From positions 28,429 through 92,428 of the forward strand of contig LEKP01000002.1 in NCBI GenBank assembly GCA_001443025.1: a DNA stretch of 64,000 bases, read 5' to 3'. Of this stretch, positions 36,932-45,856 are shown piece after piece (position 1 is the stretch's first letter; every line of letters starts with the position of its first letter). The translations under genes were made by a program, and so were the position numbers. The stretch is from Parcubacteria bacterium GBS-2. GTDB taxonomy: Bacteria; Patescibacteriota; Minisyncoccia; Minisyncoccales; GBS-2. The notes under the pieces are model-generated. The model did not search any database. It saw only the letters and a list, made by a program, of their open reading frames with translations, and was not told where the DNA came from.

Positions 36932-38205
36932 TCGCAAAAACTTTAAGAAAAAAATATCCAAAATTTGTTTTTAATTCATTTGATTTCAAATTGAAAAAGA
37001 AGGGGCTTGAGATTTTTTTTAATTTTAAAATAGAACCTAATATTCGATTTTCCCCAAAAGTTTTGATTGAAGGGATTAGAGAAAGAGAAATTAAAAGAGT
37101 AGGAGAGAGAGCGTTGAAAAATTTAATATTCAATCTAGGAATAATTGAAATTTTGAGTTATTGGAAAGCAACTTGCTCTCCAAAGATTGAAATTTTAGCA
37201 GGGGCTTTAAACAAAGAACAAATTAAATGGTGGAAAGAGCTGATTTTGAAAGGAATGGGACAATTCTTCTTTGAAAACAAAATCAATTTTTTAGAAAAAA
37301 ATTTCTTAAAAATTGAAGGCTTTGGAGAAAAATTTGAAAGATTTGAAGGAAGATTGAATGAAAACAGAATTTTGGTTCCAGTAGGTGGGGGGAAAGATTC
37401 TGTAGTGACTATTGAATATTTAAAGAAAATGAAAAAAGATTTGATTTTGTTTTGTTTGAACCCAAACAAAAACCAAAAGAAAATAATTAAAATTTCTGGA
37501 GTCAAAAAAAGAATTTTTGTTAAAAGAGAGATAGACAAAAAACTTTTGATGCTAAATCAAAGAGGATTTTTAAATGGTCATACTCCATTTACTGCTTATT
37601 TGTGTTTTTTATCGGTTTTAGTTGCTGTTTTGAAAAATTGTAAGTTTATTGCTTTTTCAAATGAAAAAAGTTCAAACGAAGGTAACCTGAAATATCTTGG
37701 AAGAATCATTAACCATCAATACTCAAAGAGTGAAGATTTTGAAAAAAAGTTCAGATTTTATTCAAAAAAATATTTAGCAAAAAACGTAGAATGCTTTTCT
37801 TTATTAAGAAATCTTTATGAACTTGAAATTTCAGCTTTATTTTCCCAATTTCCTCAATATTTCAACGCTTTCTTGAGTTGCAATGTCGCTTTCCAAACAA
37901 AATCTGGAACAAAAAAACCGATTAAGAAGTGGTGCGGTGAGTGTCCAAAGTGTCTTTTTGTTTTTACTTCTCTTTATCCTTTTATCGGGGAAAAAGTAAT
38001 GAAAATTTTTGGGAAAAACCTTTTTGAAGATAAAAATTTACTTCCTTTAATGTTCCAGTTAATAGGGAAGAAAAAATTCAAACCATTTGAATGCGTTGGG
38101 ACAAAAAAAGAAAGTTTTTTAGCTTTTAAACTTTCGCTTGAAAGATGGAAGAGAGAAAATCAAAAATTGCCTTTTTTGCTCAAAAAATTTTCCTCTTTGC
38201 TATAA
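36928..38205 (+). CDS. PP-loop (SGGKDS) ATP-pyrophosphatase-superfamily protein with CxxC motif, function unknown
   Basis: ILVPVGGGKDSVV P-loop of the adenine-nucleotide alpha-hydrolase fold about 140 aa from the N-terminus; WCGECPKC near the C-terminus; sits between mraY and murD. Confidence 0.55.
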   Translation: MIAKTLRKKYPKFVFNSFDFKLKKKGLEIFFNFKIEPNIRFSPKVLIEGIREREIKRVGERALKNLIFNLGIIEILSYWKATCSPKIEILAGALNKEQIKWWKELILKGMGQFFFENKINFLEKNFLKIEGFGEKFERFEGRLNENRILVPVGGGKDSVVTIEYLKKMKKDLILFCLNPNKNQKKIIKISGVKKRIFVKREIDKKLLMLNQRGFLNGHTPFTAYLCFLSVLVAVLKNCKFIAFSNEKSSNEGNLKYLGRIINHQYSKSEDFEKKFRFYSKKYLAKNVECFSLLRNLYELEISALFSQFPQYFNAFLSCNVAFQTKSGTKKPIKKWCGECPKCLFVFTSLYPFIGEKVMKIFGKNLFEDKNLLPLMFQLIGKKKFKPFECVGTKKESFLAFKLSLERWKRENQKLPFLLKKFSSLL

Positions 38206-38211
38206 TCTAAT

Positions 38212-39558
38212 ATGAAATTGGAAGAATTAAAAAATAAAAAAATTTTAATTTTGGGGCTTGGAAAGGAAGGAAAAGATACTTTTGAATTTTTGAGTAAAAT
38301 TTTTCCAGGAAAAATCATTGGAATTGCTGATCAGAATCCAAATTGCAAATTGCAGGCTACAGACCGAAAACTCAAGAGAGTTAAATGGTATTTAGGAAAA
38401 AGTTATTTGAAGGCATTAAAAAATTATGATGTTATTATCAAATCGCCAGGAGTTCCGATTCATCTGCCAGAAGTTGAAAGAGCTTATAAAGAAGAGAAAA
38501 TTACTTCTCAAACTGAAATTTTTCTTCAAAATTGCAAATGTAAAGTTGTTGGAATAACAGGAACCAAAGGAAAAAGCACCACTGCGAGTTTAATATACAA
38601 GGTTTTGAAGGAAGGAGGGTTAAAAGTCCATCTAGTAGGTAACATAGGGAAACCGGTTCTAAATTATCTAATCTCTCAAAGAGAGGATGAAATTTTCGTT
38701 TATGAGCTGTCCTCTCACCAACTTTATAATTTAAAAATCTCTCCTCATGTCGCTGTTTTTCTAAACATTTATCCTGAGCACTTGGATTATTACAAAGATT
38801 TTAAGGAATATTTAATGGCAAAGGCAAATATTACTCTTTGGCAAAGAAAAAACGATTTTTTGATTTATAATTTCAAAGATAAAAACGTAAGGGAAATTGC
38901 AAAAAAAACAAAAGCAAAAAAAATCCCAATAAAAGATTATTCCAAAATGCTCAAGGATATTGGAATAAAGAAAATTCCTTTTTATGGGGAATTTTATGGA
39001 TTAAACATTGCTTGTGCAATTGAGGTTGGAAAAATTTTTGGAGTCAAAAAAGAAAAAATTAAAAGAGCAATTGAAAAATTTAACCCCTTGCCTCATAGAT
39101 TAGAGTATGTTGGAAAATTCAAGGGAATTGAATTTTTCAACGATTCTCTTTCAACAATTCCTCAAACTACCATTTTTGCCCTTAAAACTCTTGGTGAAAG
39201 GGTTCAAACTTTAATTTTAGGAGGATATGATAGGGGATTGAATTTTAAAGAATTGGTAAAAGAAGTTTTAAAAATGAAAGTTAAAAATTTGATTTTGTTC
39301 CCCGAAACTGGGGAAAAAATTTGGCGAGAGATTTTGAATCAAGTGAAGAACGGTTCTGAACTACCAAAGGCAATCTTAGTTCAAAACATGAAAGATGCTG
39401 TAAAAACCGCTTTTAAAATTACAGAAAAAAGAAGAATATGTCTTTTGTCTCCTGCGTCACCTTCTTTTGGAATTTTCAAAGATTATAAGGAAAGGGGGGA
39501 TTTATTTAAAAAGTATGTAAAATATTATGGGAAAAAATCTTGTGGGGAAAAATCCTGA
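38212..39558 (+). CDS. murD: UDP-N-acetylmuramoylalanine--D-glutamate ligase
   Basis: ILILGLGKEG N-terminus, GITGTKGKSTT P-loop; position in the cluster. Confidence 0.88.
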   Translation: MKLEELKNKKILILGLGKEGKDTFEFLSKIFPGKIIGIADQNPNCKLQATDRKLKRVKWYLGKSYLKALKNYDVIIKSPGVPIHLPEVERAYKEEKITSQTEIFLQNCKCKVVGITGTKGKSTTASLIYKVLKEGGLKVHLVGNIGKPVLNYLISQREDEIFVYELSSHQLYNLKISPHVAVFLNIYPEHLDYYKDFKEYLMAKANITLWQRKNDFLIYNFKDKNVREIAKKTKAKKIPIKDYSKMLKDIGIKKIPFYGEFYGLNIACAIEVGKIFGVKKEKIKRAIEKFNPLPHRLEYVGKFKGIEFFNDSLSTIPQTTIFALKTLGERVQTLILGGYDRGLNFKELVKEVLKMKVKNLILFPETGEKIWREILNQVKNGSELPKAILVQNMKDAVKTAFKITEKRRICLLSPASPSFGIFKDYKERGDLFKKYVKYYGKKSCGEKS

Positions 39559-40630
39559 CCTTTTCCTTTTAAGTATTTTTCTCTTTATTTTGATAGGGAA
39601 TTTTCTAATTTTAGCTAGTGTCTCTGCGCCAATTTCTCAAGAAAAATACGGTGAAAGTTTTTATTATTTTCGCCATCAGATAATTTATGGGTTAATTCCT
39701 GGCGTAATTTTACTTTTGTTTTTTTATAAAATTGATTTAAATTTATTAAAAAAATACTCTCCAATTTTTCTCTTAATTACCTTGGTTTTTACCGCATTGG
39801 TATTTATCCCAGGAATCGGAATAACAATTAGGGGTGGAACAAGATGGATAGGTTTTGGTCCTTTTTCATTCCAGCCATCTGAATTTTTAAAGCTGGCTTT
39901 CATTGTTTATTTAGCAGCTTGGCTTGAAACGCGGACCAAAAAGAAAACTAAAAATTTTAACCAAACTCTTGTTGCTTTTTTAATTATTCTCTCTTTAATA
40001 GGAATTTTTCTTCTTGCTCAGCCTGACGTTTCTACATTTGGAATAATTTTTGCAACTGCTTTAGTAATGTTTTTTTTGGCAAAAACTCCAATGTGGCAAA
40101 CTTTTTCAATCTTGGTTTTGGCAATTTTGCTCCTCATCCCTTTAATAAAAACTTCTACATATCGAATGCATAGAATTTTAACATTTTTAAATCCAGACCT
40201 TGACCCTTTAGGCATAGGTTATCAAATAAAACAGGTTTTAATCGCTATTGGTTCTGGAAAATTATTTGGTTTGGGTTTTGGTCTTTCACAACAGAAATTT
40301 GGATTTTTACCTCAATCTTTTTCAGATGCAATTTTTGCAGTATTCGCTGAAGAATCTGGTTTTTTGGGATGCTTGTTTTTAATTATCTTGTATTTGATGT
40401 TTTTTTGGAAATCATTTAAGATTGGAAAAGAAAGACAGAACGAGTTTGAACGACTTTTGGTTTTTGGAATTTCGTTCTGGATTTGTTTTCAAACTTTTCT
40501 TAATATTGGAGCAATGACAAGAATTTTACCACTTACCGGAATTCCATTTCCTTTTTTGAGTTATGGGGGATCTCATCTGATTTCTGAGATGGCGGCGGTC
40601 GGTATTTTATTAAAAATTTCAAAATCATGA
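39527..40630 (+). CDS. ftsW: SEDS-family peptidoglycan glycosyltransferase
   Basis: 10 TM; GIPFPFLSYGGS C-terminal motif. Confidence 0.88.
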   Translation: MGKNLVGKNPDLFLLSIFLFILIGNFLILASVSAPISQEKYGESFYYFRHQIIYGLIPGVILLLFFYKIDLNLLKKYSPIFLLITLVFTALVFIPGIGITIRGGTRWIGFGPFSFQPSEFLKLAFIVYLAAWLETRTKKKTKNFNQTLVAFLIILSLIGIFLLAQPDVSTFGIIFATALVMFFLAKTPMWQTFSILVLAILLLIPLIKTSTYRMHRILTFLNPDLDPLGIGYQIKQVLIAIGSGKLFGLGFGLSQQKFGFLPQSFSDAIFAVFAEESGFLGCLFLIILYLMFFWKSFKIGKERQNEFERLLVFGISFWICFQTFLNIGAMTRILPLTGIPFPFLSYGGSHLISEMAAVGILLKISKS

Positions 40631-41745
40631 AAATAGTATTCACTGGAGGAGGAACAGGTGGGCATATTTTTCCAATTATTGCAATAATTAGAGAGCTCAA
40701 AAAAATTGCAGGTGAAAAATTTGAAATTTTTTATATTGGCCCAAAAGACGAAATTGCCCAAATTTATCTTTCATACGAAAATATCAAAATTAAATGGATA
40801 ATTTGTGGAAAGTTTAGGAGATATTTAAATTTTCAAAGTTTTTTTCAAAACATAGTTGATTTGTTTAAAATATCAATTGGAGTAGCTCAGGCTTTTTTCC
40901 ATCTTTTTCTGATTAATCCCGATTTAATTTTTTCAAAAGGGGGGTATGGGTCTTTTCCCGCGGTAATTGCAGGGTGGATTTTGAGAATTCCAATTTTCCT
41001 TCACGAGTCTGATGTAGTTCCAGGCTTGGCAAACAGAATTTTAGCAAGGTTTGCCTTGGAAATTTTTGTTTCATTTCCAAAAACTCTTTATTTTCCTCTA
41101 GACAGAGTTATAGTTGTCGGAAACCCAATAAGGACTGAGTTATTAAATGGAAATAGAGAAGAAGGAAAACAGTATTTTAAAATCACAGGAGAAAAACCGG
41201 TAATTTTAATCTTAGGAGGTTCTCAAGGAGCTCAAAGAATAAATGAAAAAATTTTAACAATTTTAAACAACCTTTTAGAAAATTTCGAATTAATTCATCA
41301 AACTGGGGTAAAAAATTTCAAACAAGTAGAGGCCGAGGCTAACGCAATCATAGAAGAAGAGTTAAAAAAATATTATCACCCTGTTCCATTTTTAAAAGAA
41401 GAGGAATTGAAGAAAGCCTATGCTGTATGTGATCTGGTAGTTGCCAGATCGGGATCTGGAACGATTTTTGAAATTGCTGCATTAGCCAAACCTTCAATTT
41501 TAATTCCTCTTCCTGAATCAGCTCAAGATCATCAAGTAAAAAATGCCTATTCTTATTTTGAGCATAAAGCAACTATTGTGATTGAAGAAAAGAATTTCAC
41601 TCCAGGTTTTTTCCTTGAAAGGCTCAAAGCTCTTTTTGAGAACAAAGAAGAATTGGAAACCATGATAAAAGCAGCTAAAGATTTTGCGCGGCCTTTAGCG
41701 GCAAAAGTAATTGCTTATTATATTTTTGAATTTTTAAAAAGATAG
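40627..41745 (+). CDS. murG: UDP-GlcNAc:undecaprenyl-PP-MurNAc-pentapeptide GlcNAc transferase
   Basis: FTGGGTGGHIFP N-terminal motif and GT-B C-domain. Confidence 0.9.
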   Translation: MKIVFTGGGTGGHIFPIIAIIRELKKIAGEKFEIFYIGPKDEIAQIYLSYENIKIKWIICGKFRRYLNFQSFFQNIVDLFKISIGVAQAFFHLFLINPDLIFSKGGYGSFPAVIAGWILRIPIFLHESDVVPGLANRILARFALEIFVSFPKTLYFPLDRVIVVGNPIRTELLNGNREEGKQYFKITGEKPVILILGGSQGAQRINEKILTILNNLLENFELIHQTGVKNFKQVEAEANAIIEEELKKYYHPVPFLKEEELKKAYAVCDLVVARSGSGTIFEIAALAKPSILIPLPESAQDHQVKNAYSYFEHKATIVIEEKNFTPGFFLERLKALFENKEELETMIKAAKDFARPLAAKVIAYYIFEFLKR

Positions 41746-41761
41746 CGATAAAATTTAAGTA

Positions 41762-43348
41762 ATGAACTCTGAATTTAAATTTATCCAGCCTGGAGAGGTA
41801 CGAGTAAGATTCGCTCCTTCCCCAACAGGCTTTTTACACATTGGTAGTGCGAGAACTGCTCTTTTTAACTTTCTTTTTGCCAAAAAAAATAATGGATTTT
41901 TTATATTAAGAATAGAGGATACAGATAAAGAAAGAACTCGATTGGAATATGAACAAGATATTATTGAAAATTTAAAATGGTTAGGGATTGAATGGGACGA
42001 AGGTCCTGATATAGGAGGGAAGCACGGTCCTTATAGACAGTCTCAAAGAGGAGAAATTTATGAAAAATATTTAAAAAAACTTCTTGAAGAAGGGAAGGCA
42101 TATTATTGCTTTTGCTCCCCAGAAGAATTAGAAGCAGAAAGGCAATATCTTTTATCAATCGGCCAACCTCCAAAATATTCTGGTAAATGTCGAAACTTAC
42201 CAAAGGAAATAGTTGAAAAATATAAAAAAGAGAGAAAACCTTTTGTAATCAGATTTAAAGTTCCTCCTAAAAAAGTATGGTTTAATGATCTAATTAGAGG
42301 AAAGATTGAGTTTGATATGTCATTAAGCGGTGATTTTGTCATTGCGAAAGGTTTTGATTCACCACTTTATAATTTTGCCTGTGTAGTTGATGATTTTGAA
42401 ATGAGAATTTCTCATGTCATAAGGGCTGAAGATCATATTTCAAACACTCCAAAACAAATCTTACTTCAAGAAGCCTTAGGATTTCCAACGCCTTATTATG
42501 CTCATATTCCTTTAATCTTAGGACCTGATAGATCTAAACTTTCAAAAAGACATGGAGCCACTTCAATTTCAGAATATAAAAAAATGGGATACTTACCAGA
42601 AGCTCTGGTGAATTTTATGGCACTACTTGGGTGGAATCCTGGTGACAGCAGAGAATTTTTTTCAATGTCGTCTTTAATAAAAGAATTTTCTTTAGAGAAT
42701 GTTCAAAAATCGCCAGCAGTTTTTAATATAAAAAAATTGGACTTTTTAAATGGATTTTACATAAGACAGAAGCCTTTAGAAAAACTTACAGAATTATGTG
42801 TCTTTTATTTAATCGAAGCGGGGTTAATAAAAGTTGAATTCGCTGAATCTCAATATCCTCCTGCCTATGGTGCAAAAGAAATTGTGCCAGTTTATAAAAT
42901 CTCAGAGACTGGTGAAGAGATAAATATTGAAACTATAAAAAAGATTGTTGAAATTTATCAACAAAGATTGAAGAGGCTGTCGGAGATCGTTGAATTAACT
43001 GATTTTTTCTTCAAAAAAGAACTAACTTACGAAAAAAATCTATTAAAATGGAAAGATATGAACGACGAAGAAGTTTTAAAAGCTCTTGACAGATTAGAGA
43101 ATGTATTACATAAAATAAAAGAATGGGATAGAAAGAAACTAGAAGAGACCTTAATGGAAGAAGCTAGGAAATTTTCAGAAGATATTGGTAAAGAAGCAGG
43201 GGATAGGGGATATTTGCTTTGGCCGTTTAGAGTGGCTTTAACAGGGAAAAAAGCCTCGGCAGGTCCCTTTGAAATTGCCGAAATTTTAGAAAAAGAAAAA
43301 ACCATACTCAGAATAAAAAGGGCAAAAGAATTAATTAAATCATCGTGA
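41762..43348 (+). CDS. gltX: glutamyl-tRNA synthetase (bacterial type)
   Basis: RFAPSPTGFLHIGSARTA (HIGH) and KLSKRHG (KMSKS). Confidence 0.92.
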   Translation: MNSEFKFIQPGEVRVRFAPSPTGFLHIGSARTALFNFLFAKKNNGFFILRIEDTDKERTRLEYEQDIIENLKWLGIEWDEGPDIGGKHGPYRQSQRGEIYEKYLKKLLEEGKAYYCFCSPEELEAERQYLLSIGQPPKYSGKCRNLPKEIVEKYKKERKPFVIRFKVPPKKVWFNDLIRGKIEFDMSLSGDFVIAKGFDSPLYNFACVVDDFEMRISHVIRAEDHISNTPKQILLQEALGFPTPYYAHIPLILGPDRSKLSKRHGATSISEYKKMGYLPEALVNFMALLGWNPGDSREFFSMSSLIKEFSLENVQKSPAVFNIKKLDFLNGFYIRQKPLEKLTELCVFYLIEAGLIKVEFAESQYPPAYGAKEIVPVYKISETGEEINIETIKKIVEIYQQRLKRLSEIVELTDFFFKKELTYEKNLLKWKDMNDEEVLKALDRLENVLHKIKEWDRKKLEETLMEEARKFSEDIGKEAGDRGYLLWPFRVALTGKKASAGPFEIAEILEKEKTILRIKRAKELIKSS

Positions 43349-43785
43349 AAAAAATAATTTGCGCTTTATTAATTTCTTTTTGGTCGTTTATTTTAACTTT
43401 TGAAACCTTGGCAGTAATAAAAGAGAGGAGTAGTGAAGGGGTTCTTAATAAGCTTGATAAATTTTTGTTAATACTAGAAAAAAAATGGAAAGAAGAAGTT
43501 CTTCCTGTATTCGAAAAACTATGGAGTTGGTTTAAAGAAAATATCTGGAAAAAAATTCTTTACTTATTAAAATCGGAATACGAAAAAAGAAAAGATGAAA
43601 TTAAACATGAATTTAAAAGAAAGGAGAAGGAGATAAAAGGGGAAATAAAAACACAGCTTTCAAAAATAATGAATGTAATACTAGAAAGGACGTTCCCGTT
43701 TTTTAAACAATTTTTTAAAGGAGATAAAATAGAAAAACAAAATAATCTTGACAATAAAGTTTTTTCTCTTATTATAAACATATAA
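43345..43785 (+). CDS. hypothetical secreted/membrane protein
   Basis: N-terminal hydrophobic segment, Lys/Glu-rich remainder; coupled to gltX. Confidence 0.35.
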   Translation: MKKIICALLISFWSFILTFETLAVIKERSSEGVLNKLDKFLLILEKKWKEEVLPVFEKLWSWFKENIWKKILYLLKSEYEKRKDEIKHEFKRKEKEIKGEIKTQLSKIMNVILERTFPFFKQFFKGDKIEKQNNLDNKVFSLIINI

Positions 43786-43810
43786 TGTCGCATAATGTAG
43801 GTTAAACGAC

Positions 43811-44743
43811 ATGAAAGAAGAAAAACAAAAAAGGATAATCGATTACTTAAACGACTTTTTAGACTGGTTGGATGTTGAAAAGGGACTTTCATCAAAAACT
43901 CAAGAAAACTATGCAAGATTTTTGAAAAAATTTTTTGAGTGGCTAAAAATAAATAACTTGGAAAGTTTAAAACCCTATCAGCTCTCCCCCGATCACATCT
44001 ACCAATACAAAACATTTCTTTCAAGGAAACTGAAAAAACCTCTGAAACAATCGACTCAGAGCTATTACTTAATTGCGCTGAGACAATTTTTGAACTTTTT
44101 TGCAGAAAAAGATATAAAATCTTTGCCACCAGAAAAAGTAAAGTTGCCAAAGAAAAAAACTGAAAAAGTAATCCATTTTTTAACTTTAGAACAAATTGAA
44201 AAACTCCTAGAATCTCCGGATACTTCAAACGAAATTGGTTTAAGAGATAGAGCAATTTTGGAAACTTTCTTTTCAACTGGAATGAGAGCTGGAGAATTAA
44301 TTAATTTAAACAAAGAGCAAATAAAAATCAAACCTGAAACTAAAGATTTAGAAATTACAATAATTGGAAAGGGACAAAGACCGAGAACTGTTTATTTATC
44401 AGAAAGAGCAGTTTTTTGGTTGAGAAAATATTTAGAAACAAGAAAAGACAGAGAAAAAGCTCTTTTTATAAACTATCGAGGAAAAAAACCAGGAACAAGA
44501 TTAACCATTAGAAGTTTAGAAAGAATAGTTAAAAAATATGCGATTTTGGCTGGTCTTCCCCTCGCTACAGTCTGCCACACTTTAAGACATTCTTTTGCGA
44601 CCGACCTTTTGAGGAAGGGAGTAGATTTAAGAATCGTCCAAGAATTTTTGGGACATAAAAATATCTCAACTACTCAAATTTACACTCATGTAACTAGACC
44701 CCAATTAAGAGAAATCCATAAAAAATATCACGGAATAAAATAA
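43811..44743 (+). CDS. tyrosine site-specific recombinase (XerC/XerD-like)
   Basis: HTLRHSFAT...LGH.......Y catalytic box (R..H..R..Y). Confidence 0.88.
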   Translation: MKEEKQKRIIDYLNDFLDWLDVEKGLSSKTQENYARFLKKFFEWLKINNLESLKPYQLSPDHIYQYKTFLSRKLKKPLKQSTQSYYLIALRQFLNFFAEKDIKSLPPEKVKLPKKKTEKVIHFLTLEQIEKLLESPDTSNEIGLRDRAILETFFSTGMRAGELINLNKEQIKIKPETKDLEITIIGKGQRPRTVYLSERAVFWLRKYLETRKDREKALFINYRGKKPGTRLTIRSLERIVKKYAILAGLPLATVCHTLRHSFATDLLRKGVDLRIVQEFLGHKNISTTQIYTHVTRPQLREIHKKYHGIK

Positions 44744-44779
44744 ATGTCGCTTAATCTTTGTTATAAAACACAGCGATCG

Positions 44780-45751
44780 TCAAAATTTATAACGGGTTGG
44801 AATTAAAAAATCGCCATCGATTTTAAAACTTGTTAATAAGGAATAAGGAAAACTGAGTCCAAGAAGATAAACTATTTTTTTTGATAGCTTCGAAGAGATA
44901 ACATTTGGAAAGAAAAAAAATTTTGCTTCCTTTTGGTATTTAAAAAAATTTGGAAAGTTTTTCAAAAGCAAGTTAGCTGATATCAAACTCCATATCACTC
45001 CTCCCCCACTCCAAGGTTTTGTCAGCCCTGTAGAATCTCCGCAAAGGGTGATTTTTTCATTTTTTGGAATAATAAACCCTTGAGGAATGATCGCAGATTC
45101 TATTTTTTCTAACTTCAAATTTTGTTTTTCTAAAAAATCATTAAAAATTTCTTTTGCTATCTTTGGCTCTTCCATTATCCCCCACTCTGTCTCTTTTCCT
45201 CTTGGAATTTTCCATAAAAAACCATTTTTTGTTGACCAAACTTCTGCAAAGTTTGAAAAATTTTCTTTTTTTTCAATACCTTTAATTCCCAAATAAAATT
45301 TTGGTTTTGGCAATTTTAAAAAATCTCGAACGATAGAGTTTGCTCCATCACAACCAACAATCCTATCAAATTCCTTTGAAAATTTCCCAAGATCAGAATG
45401 GGAAATATTTTTATTGAAAAAAATTTTTGCTCCAGAACTTTCTGCTAAATTTTTCAACAAAGTCTCAATTTCTGGACGATCGCAAACAAAAAACCTTTTC
45501 TTGAAATAAAGGTAAATTGTCTTTTTAGGGAAATTGATTTTACAAAAATTTATTTCGTTCTTCGCTAGTTTTTTGCTTTCTGGTATGAATTCAAAAATCC
45601 TTTCAGAAAAAAGACCAGAGCAAACTTTTCCTCCTACTTTTTCTTTCTTTTCAAAAACAAAAACTTCATTTTCCCTTTCTGAAAGTTTCCAAGCCAAATA
45701 AAGGCCCGAGACTGAAGCTCCAATGATTGCTACTTTCATATTCAATTTCAA
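44780..45751 (-). CDS. FAD-dependent oxidoreductase (geranylgeranyl-reductase-like)
   Basis: KVAIIGASVSGLYLA dinucleotide-binding start; likely true start at the internal Met (MKVAII). Confidence 0.65.
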   Translation of the reverse strand: MKLNMKVAIIGASVSGLYLAWKLSERENEVFVFEKKEKVGGKVCSGLFSERIFEFIPESKKLAKNEINFCKINFPKKTIYLYFKKRFFVCDRPEIETLLKNLAESSGAKIFFNKNISHSDLGKFSKEFDRIVGCDGANSIVRDFLKLPKPKFYLGIKGIEKKENFSNFAEVWSTKNGFLWKIPRGKETEWGIMEEPKIAKEIFNDFLEKQNLKLEKIESAIIPQGFIIPKNEKITLCGDSTGLTKPWSGGGVIWSLISANLLLKNFPNFFKYQKEAKFFFFPNVISSKLSKKIVYLLGLSFPYSLLTSFKIDGDFLIPTRYKF

Positions 45752-45856
45752 TTGGTTGTTTTTGTTCTTGCTTGGCAGTAATATAACCTATTGCAAAAGA
45801 AAGTAAAGAAATCAAAATTACTCCGCTTGCTAAAATTATTTCCTCCCAATGATTTT

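Noticed and set aside
43560-44276. 238-aa minus-strand ORF
   Set aside because: Antisense to the well-supported xerC/D-like recombinase and the upstream gene; low-complexity Leu/Phe-rich translation typical of AT-rich antisense frames
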